Shown here: positions 25,463 through 38,300 of the stretch, piece by piece
How positions within the stretch are numbered: position 1 is the stretch's first letter
How the letters are laid out: the number at the start of each line of letters is the position of its first letter
Assembly (NCBI GenBank): GCA_003344405.1
Contig: NOWV01000001.1
Span: 806,001-870,000 of the forward strand
Reading direction: 5' to 3'
DNA length: 64,000 nt
From: Trichoplax sp. H2
Taxonomy: Eukaryota
Notes under the pieces: model-generated
What the model was told of the DNA's origin: nothing
Databases searched by the model: none
The model's input: the letters and a program-made list of their open reading frames with translations, nothing else
Program-made: the position numbers and the translations under genes

Positions 25463-28020
25463 TTAAGATGGTAAATTAAAACTAGTAAGTTCCTTGTTCC
25501 ATCCAAAAAAGCTTGTTGGTAAACCTGCTGCTTGACGCTGACGAGTAGCTACGGATGTAAACGATGAAATACAATTGCCGATGAAATAATTGGCTTTACC
25601 GAGTATTAAAAGATCTGTCTGGGGTAATTTATTGTTGACGTGAACCACTTTAACCTAGAAAATATTCAATCACACAATCAAAAGTAACCGGATATAGATA
25701 CTTAAAGCATCCTTGCGAAAATTTACGTAGGATGTATCATCAAGTAGATATTATAGTTACTGTCATAGCGAGTAAACATATACACATGTAACTTATCTTT
25801 AATAAATTTAAAGTAAATTTTTTATCCTTTGATACAACTATAGTTTACTACATATAATACCTTTTTCTTTTGCAAATGTTTCGTCAATTTTTCAATCATG
25901 GGGTTATGATCAGTTGCTACATAGACATATTTGGCTTTTATTTTATTCACAGCTTTCTTGACACGTTTTAGTATTTCCTTATCACTTGGAAAACATAAAT
26001 CCGGGTTGACATCTTCCTTTTTTGGATATCTACCTAAGCATTGCGGCGATTCCATATAATGGCCAACCTCCATAGCTGCGGTCATTGATTTACATGCATT
26101 TTCCTGTATGAATGAAATTACGTGAAATTAAAAATGATAGAGGAAAAGTTTCAGCATAGAATATGGCATATCTAGAGTTCAATAAAAATTACCCAATCTA
26201 TCCCATTTCTTAAATGAATGCCAACATAAGCACCATCTGGCATATATTGCTGAATAACTTCATCAGCTGTTTTATTCATTTCCTTGGTCCATATCAAATA
26301 CCTGTGTAAAGGTCTATCAGCATCAGCTACTGGAAAGTTTGCAGGGGCACCTCGAAGCGCAAGAACAGGATGTTTCGAAGCAGGAAATCTAATATAGTGT
26401 TGAGATTACATAGATAAATTGAATGCATATCTTACACTAGCATAGCACATTACTTAAGCTAATAGATATGATTTTGACGATATCAATAGTTTGCAGGCAA
26501 ATTTTTATAACTAAAACTTACGTTTCGTGCCACTGTCGTACTGATTGTGGATATGATGTATCGTACGATAAGAAGTAGCGTACATAATCATCGAAGTCAA
26601 TATTGAAATGATCCCAAAAGTAGGCGAACGAATGCTCTTTAAGTTGACACTTTGCATCTGAGCTAGGAGGTAGCCAACAATAGCCTCGACGTTGACCTTT
26701 AGGCCAATATTTCGGTGCCAACTCTTTCATAAATTTTTCCATAGATATTACTCGATGAAATTTCTGTATGGTCTCTAATTCAAAAAAGTCTGTAAAAGGA
26801 ATATGTACCTTTGAAAGTAAAACAGAAACACAGTGTCAAGCCTAAACACGGCCCTATACAAGACCCTATATAGTAATCGAATTAAATAATACTATAAAAA
26901 TTTTGTAAGGCATTTAATCATCAGAATACAAAATCAAAAGGCTATCATTAGTTCAAATTTACATCAGCGAATTTTCTCTAAAACGATCGAAGTATATCTA
27001 TACTATAATATTATCGCATAGATGAAAGCTGTAATCCATTCCATGCTACGGTAACAACTATCTAAAACGTAGCCAACAACAACTACGATACTCATTTCAT
27101 TGCATAATAAGTTAAATTTGGATGTACCTCTTGACGAAAAGGAGGCAAGACTAGAGTACGATTGATGCCTTTTGCGAAGCGAAATGCACCCAAGAAGTGA
27201 GCAGCTTGATTTCCAAAACGACCTAGAATGGATTTGTAATAAACAAACTGTTATCAACAGAATTTATACTAATATCCTAGCTGCAATCATACATTAATTT
27301 TGCATTTGCATATATAACTGAAGTCATTTTCCATAACTTACAAATAAAGCTTTATTCATTGTTACATTATAAGTAGCTCTTCATTATTAATAATTATATA
27401 ATCAGAGCTCATTAATCCTATCCAATGATTTTTAACCCTTAATGAACGCATATCCGTTCGTCTCGGCCATTGCACAAATGATGACTTAAAGGGCACAATC
27501 AACAGGCGGTCAATGAAGTTGACGAGTTTAACGATTTAGAGTTTATTAAATTAAATTTCACTATTTCATAATAAACGATCTTCATACCATAGCATAGCAC
27601 AACTGATAAAAAATGATCAATCTTACTGGTCTATACCCTATAGTAATAACTCGAATGGTACTATGTACGTGAGACTGCTATTGATATAATTTTATTCGAT
27701 AACTACGAATACCATTCATTCTCTGCTAGGCATAAAACTACTGATCCATTAATCAATTCTTATTGGTATAGTCGATATATGATAGCTAATAATTATATAA
27801 TAGTAGTTAAGTTCATTATCTTCCATCAATACAATGGATCAGTTTAAGCTGACTTACCCATGCAAGGACAGTATATAAGGTATCCATTAGGATCATTAGG
27901 AGGAATTAAACTAGCAGGGCCGAATTCAACTTTTCCTGGAACTTCGAATGGATCGGTTGCTTGCTGATCACACACCGATATACCAAGCAATAGTGAAATA
28001 ACCGAAAGCCAGTAAATCAT
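25463..28020 (-). CDS. POFUT1: GDP-fucose protein O-fucosyltransferase 1, 6 coding exons
   Basis: Signal peptide, then [24 protein letters not shown]...[60 protein letters not shown] and [20 protein letters not shown]. Exons approx. 28020-27858, 27222-27128, 26807-26522, 26388-26193, 26103-25861, 25654-25463. Confidence 0.97.
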
Positions 28021-28227
28021 GGTACACAATGAACGTCTTTACCAGAAAGTCTACAGCTATTCAATATTTTTAAATCGTAGCAATTAATATTCTTATGTGA
28101 ATGACTGATGCAGTTGCAGACATTACTATAATTGAGAAGGCCAACAAGTCAGTGGTTGGATCTTCTTTAATCTGTCGTTTTTGACAGTAAACTGATTACA
28201 TATGAAGTTCCTCTATTTCGGACTATC

Positions 28228-29460
28228 GCAAATGTAGTTCAGTAAAGTAGAATAAACTGGCTAACAATGGACGTACTTTGATACATCTCTTTATTAAACA
28301 AACTTATCATTTTGACTTTAATCTAGCAGATTATACCGACTTCGGTCTAATACCGATACAAATACGTGTCCGAAATTAATTATTGCAATGTAGTTCAATA
28401 ACGCAGAATAAAACAGCTGGCAATGCAAGCACTTTTATGCAATCTCTGAGAAATATGCTACTTTAATTTTACTTTAGCCTAACCAAGTGTACTAACTTTC
28501 GTCTAACATCGATGTAATATGTGTCCTTGAATCAAATAAAGCGTCTTCCAACATTACGTCAAGATAAAAATTTTGAAAAAACTTCACATTAACCTTGATA
28601 CATACGATATAAGTAAGTTCGTCGGCAGAATTACCGTATCAAGGGTTGTATTACTGTATTTACCTTCAGTCTAAAATTACTTAACTTATTACAACAGAAT
28701 CTAACCGTCAACTGTATAAGTAAGTATCATAACCTTAATCTTATGCTATTTGAGAGCTGCATGACAAGAATTATAATTTTTTTGTAAAGCTTCACATTAT
28801 TGCATCTCGTCAACTTCTGTTAATATTCTGTGTATTATGTTAATTGTATTCTACCGATATACCATAGGTTCGTCTGTTGAATTATAGTACCAAGGATTGT
28901 TTACCTTCAGTCTAAAATTATCCAATTCTCAATTAATCTTATAAGCGAATCTTACGATGTACGAGTATATGTTATAAACGTTAATCTCAAGCTATTTGCA
29001 GACTGTGCGACAGTCCTATATATCGAGCTACTTCATTTATAGTTCAATAAAAGTAGAATAAAATGGTTAGTAATGTAAATACTTTTATGCATCTCTTGGA
29101 AACTATAACCATTTTAATTTTAACCTAGTACGCTATTAACTTAGGCTTCATCACCGATGCAAATACACATCCTACATGTCCAACCATCGCAAACGTAGTT
29201 CAACTAAAGCAGAATACGCAACAAATGGCTAACAAATGGCTAGCAATGCAAGTGCTTCTATACATGTCAGAGAAAGCTCTCCTTTTAATTTTAACCTAGC
29301 AAATTATACTAGTAGGCTTTGATTTTTGGTCCAATCATCGTAAATGTAGTTCAATTAAAGCAAAATACGCAACAAATGGCTAGCAATGCAAGTGCTTCTA
29401 TGCATGTCCGAGAAAGTTTTCCTTTTAATTTTAACCTAGCAAATTATACTAGTAGGCTTT
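28228..29460. repeat. Degenerate ~150-bp tandem repeat (5 copies) interrupted by a second 2-copy repeat, upstream of POFUT1
   Basis: Unit (G/A)TAGTTCA..AA.G.AGAATA...CAATG...TTTTAATTTTAACCTAG starts at about 28228, 28384, 29039, 29186 and 29336. TTACCTTCAGTCTAAAATTA occurs at about 28660 and 28901. Confidence 0.8.
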
Positions 29461-30048
29461 GCTTTAAAATCATGCATATAAATAGAAAGAAATGCTGCTA
29501 TAGAGACCATCGACGTACATGAACTATAGAGTCTGCAGCACTTTACTTTAGAGATCCGATGTAAATAGTAGCCATTACAATCGATCCTCCAGTATCTGGT
29601 GCCTTACCTTGAATAAATTAGTCGTCGTATTGAAGGATTGCAACTAGATTTTGGTTAATTTCAGCCGTTTATGCCTTAATATACTCAAAATATTCGCTGA
29701 TAGTTAAAGCTAGCAACTTTTACCCCAAGAGTGATGGCCACGTTAGCAGCAAACCAGCAATGATGTTATGCATTACTAAATAGGAAATCTACAGACTACA
29801 GTACAGTAGAGTCCATTAGAATTCTAGGTCATGCACCGAACCATGGACTAACCTATATGAAATTGTCCCTAAAGATGGAGACTGCAGACTCATATCAGAA
29901 TGACTGATTGTAAGCCATACAGTAGCATCGGAGTTGCCAGTGCCGTATAGGGCACACTACTCAACTCAGTATAGTCAAGTGTTGATTTATTTATTATAGG
30001 GAAATAAGTCGTTCCTATTAAGGAGCGCTAGCTAAATGCCTGCAATTA

Positions 30049-30621
30049 GGCTAGAAGTAGGCAACTTTAGCACTTATGGCTTATATTGATTGATTACTCA
30101 TTAATGAATTATACTATAACCTGGACACTGTACTACTACTAGCCTAAATTAGACGATAAACAACGATAGTGCTAGTTGAATTAGATAGCCTTAATACTTA
30201 TGGAGCTTACTCATACGGATGCGCTTTGGATTGACTATGTAGCTAATGATAATTATGCATTAGAGTAATGAATTGCGTTATAACTCAAATTGTACAATAG
30301 TCTCAATTGATACCATAAACGACTATAAGTATTCGGCTAGAAGTAGGCAATTTTAGCACTTATGGCTTATATTGATTGATTACTCATTAATGAATTATAC
30401 TATAACCTGGACACTGTACTACTACTATCCTAAATTAGACGATAAACAACTATAGTGCTAGTTGAATTAGATAGCCTTAATACTTATCGAGCTTACTCAT
30501 ACGGATGCGCTTTGGATTGACTATATAGCTATTGGTAATTATATATTAGCGTAATGAATTGCGTTATAACTCAAATTGTACAATAGTCTCAATTGATACC
30601 ATAAACGACTATAAGTATTCG
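30049..30621. repeat. Recent 286-bp tandem duplication, with a third partial copy at about 31679-31830
   Basis: GGCTAGAAGTAGGCAA.TTTAGCAC begins at 30049 and 30335 and the copies are near-identical throughout. AATTAGATAGCCTTAATA...TAAACGACTATAA recurs at 31681-31830. Confidence 0.92.
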
Positions 30622-32372
30622 TTATATCGCTAAGGGTGGCCACTGGGCCTTTCAATTTTGATTTGATGTAATACTCAGATGAAAATTGAATAACCATAGA
30701 ATCTTTATAGAGTTTTCTACACAGCCATTTTGGTTGTTACATTTTCTTATAACGGTTGTTATTGCGTTTGCAAGCAAACGCAAGCGATCTTTAGATACAT
30801 TATAATGATTGGTATAGAATTGACCACAGTACTAAGGACATTGTGCCGCACTGTAGATATCTTACAGTACCTGCTAATCTTAACTTGGTATGTCCATCAC
30901 CGTACATTAGTTATCATAATGTGCTTTGGACCATTAACTAATCTTAATATAGCATAGTACATTACTATTACCGAGATATATATAATATCGAATAATAACA
31001 CTATCTGTTAATTTTATTAACAAATTGAGCATAAACGTATGTTTGACAGTTTCGCTTACCAACCTTAACAAAGCATTAATACTATATATAGTAACCATCC
31101 TTATTCGGTAAACATACTAATACGAAAGTTACTTAACGAAATTTGAATTGGTATAGAAATGAATGATCTCTAGGGTTTATGTGAATATTATTGAGAAGGT
31201 ATTAGTGATAGATACACATCAGTAGGTACTATGAGTTCTATTGCTCTCATGCAATCCGTAGTGTTACCCTATTGTAGTTCCCATGTCCCGGTTATTTATG
31301 ATTGCCATATATCATAAAATAAAAAAGTTTCTAAGAGGATAATATTAGTTAGTCACCGATCTGATAGGCGAAAGCGAAGTGAACAAGGCGGAAATGCACG
31401 ATCAGTGTACATTAAATCAATCTCTAAGTAATATCAGGAATTCTGAAGTAGATAGTACTCCTAGAGATCAGAATCAGTCAGCAGGTTATCTTAGGAGAAA
31501 TTATCATCATCGCCAATTACATCGAATAGGAAGATTAGGTGATATTGACTCCATAGCAACAATCGATGATTTGGTGATGTGCGAATACAGTAGTTTATAC
31601 CCATATCTAGCAATATATTTCATTTATACATTATCGTAAACAGTCAGCAAAGCGACGGGAGTTTGTACTAGTACTAATTAAATTAGATAGCCTTAATATT
31701 TCTGTAGCTTACTCATATGGGTGCGCTTTGGATAAACTATATAGCTATTGGTAATTATACACTAGAGTAATGAATTGAGTTATAACTCAATCTGTACAAC
31801 AGTCTAAATTGATACTATAAACGACTATAAAGCCTATAGTAGAGTTCAACCTAACTGCATGGATAGGCAAATTGCAGTAGATGAGTTCCTATGAAAACAT
31901 TCGAAATTATACTTTGCTTGAATTGATCATATTTAGTATCGAATTTTTATATAAAACCTAATTTTCATACTCTTACAATACTATAATATACTCGAGTATA
32001 CATATATAACATAACATATATATATATTAAACTCCTAACGACGATCAGGGATTAAACGAACAATTTTTTCTAAATCGTCTATACGTCCATTATTAGCTAG
32101 TTGGTATCTGGTATCAGATCGTGTTATTACTATATTGATATTCGCAAAATACAGAGTTATTACAGTACATAATGATTAAATTATAATCATACAATTAACT
32201 AATTATATATGTAATGGAATGATGATCATTCTTGACGATAGATGTACGTAACTAGTATATACTTTATATACTAATAAATTTAATAAAGCTAATTTGTCCT
32301 ATAATTGTTCACTTTTCCTTAAATCAATAATTGTAGTACAGTATATGAGTAAATTAGTAACATAATCGCAAT

Positions 32373-35300
32373 CTAATCCGTCGGCTGGTTAAGAATAGTC
32401 TCATTTTCTTCCGGAAAACTGAAAGCACTAATCACCGTATTACAAGAAGGAGTCCCAGAAGGATGCCGAAGAATGGATGTTCCCTATTAGTACCGCAGAA
32501 ATTAATAGACAAATACAGCCAATAATACACTAGAAAATCTTAAATATGACTTCAGGACATAAACATCATCACTAGTATTATAAATTGATGTCAACACTAG
32601 AAAATAGTGTGTAGATAATGATGAATATATGAGGACTGTATTAATTGACAGAGTACAATTAATTTCTTCGGTAGAAATACTTACAGTATACAAGCGTTGT
32701 AAGCCAATATCATCTAGAATTGATTGAATAAAGCATATATTTATACGTTACTGTAGTAACCTTCATATCAATAATAGTATGATATAAGTACCAAATTCAT
32801 CAAAATAACTTACCGTCATTATCCATGGAGATGCTGCTAGCTCGTGCATGCTGTATTTCATGATCGGCCATAGCAAAACTAGTAACATTGGTTTTCTTTC
32901 TTACAGCCTAAGATAGATTAGAATGGAAAAGATAAACTTAAAAAGGATAGTAAAGTCATATTAGGAATACTAAGACTAGCTTCTTACAATGGCCGCGCAT
33001 AAGATAGTTTCATTACAGTACAAAAAATAAAATATACTGTACGCTATGCTTAACCGTGTAAACATTCGTACCTTCAACATCGATGGACCGCTGCTGGATT
33101 CATATCTAAACTTATTGGCACGACGAAGAAGTGTAGATCGAATCTATGGATATTACAACGCATTTTTATGTTTTAAGAAAAACAGCGATAATCATGCAAT
33201 ATCAACTTTACTACTTTATGTGGCAATGGAAAATAATCTCAGTGAATCAGATGCCTGTACAACAGCACAAATTCTATACGGTACCTCTGTATTCAGAAGG
33301 CAGTGCATGATAAAGAAGGAAACTCCCTATAATTTATAACAAAATGAATCCATCTAAATATATATATATCTGACTCATAATAATTTCATTTTTCTCTTAT
33401 TTTATTGTAGCCAATAATTATCATACGTTCTTAAAACTATTAGTCTTAATTACCATTTTAAAACTTACCTGTAATCCGTTAAATATAACAAAAAGATAAC
33501 TAAAAAATATTGTATTAGCATCAATTGAAAGTATTCCAAACAGCCAAGTTAAACCCAAAATTGGTAGTAAAACAGCAATCGCTTTAGCACTAGATCTATG
33601 GAACAACATTAGAAGGCGTACTATAGAGTAAATCATGTCATTCAATTTTAATAAACTGCTTACATACAGTAATAATATCAATAGAATACTAGTACGAAAG
33701 TTGCACCTTTAACCGTAAATCAATTTACTGTAACTAGTGTTTATTTTCAAAATAAATTATACATTTGACCGAAAATTAGACCATACGTTGGAAATTATTA
33801 TGTATAATCTTACTTAAAACTTTTCCAACGCCCTATACTCCTGGCACTGACTTGGAAAGCTGCTTTTGATGCAGCGATACGAATCACGATCAGTAAAATA
33901 ATGAAATTAACCTATTGGATGGGTAATACGAGTATACAATAAGAAAAAATAAGATTTAACATATTTCTTACTTTTAAATATTGCAATTTTTATAGAATCC
34001 ATGACAGTGTAAAATCTATTAGCAAGTGAATAATAAAGACAGAACTAAGAAACATACAGCAATAATTGCTATTGCGGGACCAACAAACGCCCAAATTAGT
34101 CCACTATTAATGGATAGCCAGCATCTATAGTAAATTATTGGAATGATAAGTTTTACATATTTATCTTAGATACTACTGGGAAAACAACAAGTAGCACTAA
34201 TTGCTACAGCAAGAAACATACATTTTATTGATGCCATAATATTCTAAGCGTAACCCTACAGATACAGATACGATAACGGTGGGGATTCCTAAGAGGAAGA
34301 TTAAATGTCCGTATCGATCAGCTATATTCGTACAAAGTCTATCATGAAGTACTTGAATCTGCTTAAAATTTTTATAAGTTATCAAACGTAATCTATCAAG
34401 GGATCTGGCAATTGTTTGTAATCAATGACAGCACTTAAGTTATAGTAGACGGCTTATAAATCAAGATTTATCTAATAACGTAAAGCGTATTCTATAGCTA
34501 CAGAAACAAGCATGGAAAATACATTCAAGTAGATTATACCCTTAGAATCCTTGTAATCATTTTTTTAATTTTACAGCTACTATTAGCAAAAATTTCCTTT
34601 TCTAGTATTACTAACAAATCGCAAGCGATTGGTATGGATATATTAACTAAATTATTGACATCTATAGGAAAATTGATTTATTTTAATTGAAATTTTATAG
34701 CCTATTTTCGTATCGATTTAAATTTTATTGAAAAATTTGTTAATTCTAAAGTAGTCATAATAAATAGTTAAAAACTTGAAGCATAAACAATTTTACGCAC
34801 TTTAAAAATTAGTAAAGATATCAGGATAAATGAACTTACCCCACCCTAATATATAATACCAGCGCAACTTTGGTTTAGTGGTATAAACGGTTACAATTTG
34901 AAAATAAAGATGAAAACCTTCGGCAAGCATCCACGAAAAGATAGCAGAAAACAGAAAGTGCAAGACGATCGCCACGATTTTACAAAGAATCTGAAATTAG
35001 ATGGCAACAACAGTTCAGTTATGGCTTAATTGATACTTTACGTGGCATATTTTCAACTTCTACTATATTTAAGATGTGAACTGCAAATTCAAAGAAAGTA
35101 AAATATCTAGGTGACGTCTTAAACTTTATATAGGATCATAACTCAACATGTAATAAAAATTTGCAGCTAACTAAAAAATAAGCAAATATTATAACTTTTC
35201 CTTTGAATCTATCAATGTATCAAAAGCAGTTTAAAGGAAAATTGAAAGTGTTCAATAGCAGCTATAATCTTGCACATAATTTAAGCCAAAAGTAATACTA

Positions 35301-38300
35301 GAAATTCAACTAAGATTTACAATACCCCTGAAAATAATTTGCAGTGTTAGTACCGGTAGTTAGTAATTTTACTGTATATCTGGATTGTTACAGCGAGATA
35401 TGGGCACTTAAGTTAACTACAACTGTAAAGGAAACATAATTTAATTAAAATAGAAAATAGAAGAGTACAGTATTAGCGAATGGATCTTTTACCTCATGAT
35501 TAATAAATAAATCACTTAATAAGATAATGCATTGAGATGAGACTATAGCGACGACTAAATTGAAGTGAATATGCAGTCTTTCTGAATTCAATCTGTGTAA
35601 ATAAAATGATAGATAAAATGGGTAAGAAAATATGAAGTGGTATAAAAAATGTGATCCGGAGAAAGGATGCAATGAATTTTATACATAAGCATCCAGAAAT
35701 GGACCTATAATAGGATACGGTTAATCTTAGTTATCCTATTCATTTTTAACTAAAATGGAATCGAACTTTGTTAATGACAGGAAAACGATGGACATCAAAA
35801 GCGCGACCATAGAAGAGCCACAACATATCTGTGTTAACAATGTGAGAGTCTTGGTATGTTCATCGGAGATCTATTAAGATAATTGATCAACTAAAGATAC
35901 TATCGATCTGGATTTCAACGTTCAACATAAGCATAATGTTTAACAGTAAGTTCATTTTAGTCTACATTATAAGGAATGATATAGCTACAGGTAGTGAATT
36001 AATAAACTACGACAGCCATTGATATAAATGACTCAGTTCTACTTTCTCCTTCTCCTTTTTTTAGTATTGCCATGAGAATTCATTTTATTTTAATCTTGAT
36101 TAACCTTAACAGTTGAAACCCTCATTAACATTGCAAAGTGAGTAAGATGGCTGCACTTGCATTGGACATGAGTTTTATTGGAATTGCCTACTACACAACC
36201 AAAATCGGACCAATTGCTAAAATAAAATTATACAAATTGCAGTCACATAAATAAATCGTTTTAGCAACGATTAGTCATAGTCTCATAAAATTGAACATGA
36301 TTTATGTTGCTAATGACCATAAAAATCCATGGAGCCACTATAACATTTTACTATATAAACCTTTTCTAAAAGTTTGATACAATTATTTCTTAACATATCC
36401 AAATCAGTCTTCCACATGTTAAAATTAAACTGTTAATTCGATTATTTCGCAAAATCTTAACTTCAACTTCTTATTAGGGTATTACATTAAATCAAGAATT
36501 GAACATTTCTAGACACCTTTCAGTCAAAGCTACAAATCTTTTCAACAATTTGAATTATAGAGTCATACTAATTTCACAAACAGTAAGGCTTAAGTACTGT
36601 AGAATTACATTATAATCTTTGATACTTATTCAGCAAATTGAGTAAAGTAATATGATGGATTTTACAGTACTTAATCAACATTCGTCCAAGTATGACGATA
36701 AATTACCGTATCGGCAATAGGTTTCACATATTTAATAATAATCAATATGAAATTACCCATTTTGAAAGTCCCAAAAGACACATGAAGGTTTATAATTCGA
36801 AGAGTAATTGGTCTAAATACAAATAGTTATAAAAATAGCTTTGTAGTTTAGATTAAAATTGCAGATTTTATAGGTTATAGCAAAAAAATTTTCAAACTAC
36901 GGCAATACCATATCAATCTCATTTCTACTGAATTACGTTCGAAAGCAACATACAGTTTCGATTACGTAGTTTTATACTAAATACTGCATAAGATAATCCA
37001 ATAAATAGGAAACATACCTGTTGATAGGGTAAAGTATAAGTAAAAGGTTGCGAATGATTAAGTTGAGCTGGCGGATCCATAGAACAGCCAATAACCATGG
37101 AATTAATATAGCCATCGCTATCAATCGCCCCTTGGCTAGCATAAAATAGAAAAGCGTTATGAAAATAGTTTAATTAATCCCTATTCTGCAGTAGAATAAT
37201 AGATTTATTTTCTACTCTTCCACTGGTTTACCTGGTTGTAGGCGTTTTCTCCTCATTTGTGATATATTGTAAAGCGGAAAATTCGCTAATTGTTATAACT
37301 GGTGCATTGGCTAGGAGCGGATTAGTAAAGTTAAGATACATTCGAAATGCTCGAATTATTGACATTATATAGCTAAAGCAATTATTCAAGTGTATAGTAG
37401 TAAAGCTAGTAAGCAATAGAAATCTCCAAAGCAACAACATTGATTCTATTTTATAGTGTAAAGTCTACGGCTTGGTCCTCCATTAAATGTGCTTAAATAT
37501 ATCTCTGAAATACGATAGCGATTGCTAGTTTACAAAGTGAAACAATTCTGGTTATACTCTATAAAAGAAACTTTCGAACTATAAAAATAAAATGGGTTCA
37601 AGAATTTTTTTTTCCATTACCGTTATTATTATTCCCAATCGCTGTTGCAGGTAGTGAAAACTGGTAGCCTTGGCTAGCTATCTTATAACCGGAACGTCTA
37701 AATTGATTTGAAGATACTTTCTCAACCTGGATAGCTAGATCGATTATATGGAATGTGTATTAGAAAATAATCATTCCCAGGAAGTAGTTTTGTTTTTACT
37801 GCTAGGATTTTGTGTCTGTTATAAATCCATAAACGTACTCATTTCCGGGGTTTTGGTAGTGAAAATTTGGCCTTCTAATAAATTATTAGCAACTTTTTTA
37901 GCCATGTCATCCGTTAACTTTAAAATGACCGATGTTGGAGAAAAATTCTATGGATAGAGTTGACATTTAATGAGACATGCATTACAAAATAATTTTTCAT
38001 CAAAACTTATCCCACTCCCATCGAGGTATATGCTAATATTTGTAGCGAGAAAAAATCAATATGGATAGAGGTTATCAATTTCTATTTCCATGTATAACCT
38101 CATCCCTTTGGATCATTCTTTTTATTTTAGTAATTAATAACGTCGAAAGAGAAAAAAATCACTATTGTATAGAAGATATGTATCTTACTTAATATTTTGC
38201 TATAGAGGGCTCATAGCTAGCAAATAGGTAATAAAATCAATTAGTACTAAAACTATTTCGATCTTTTCAATTCGGTCCTACGTACTGTAACGATTATATC

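Noticed and set aside
28228-29460. CRISPR-like repeat-spacer array
   Set aside because: Eukaryotic context, long degenerate units without unique spacers, and no cas genes.
31361-31380. Hammerhead-like CTGATAG-GCGAAAGC-GAAG
   Set aside because: The core deviates from CUGANGA...GAAA at essential positions and I found no stems I/III.
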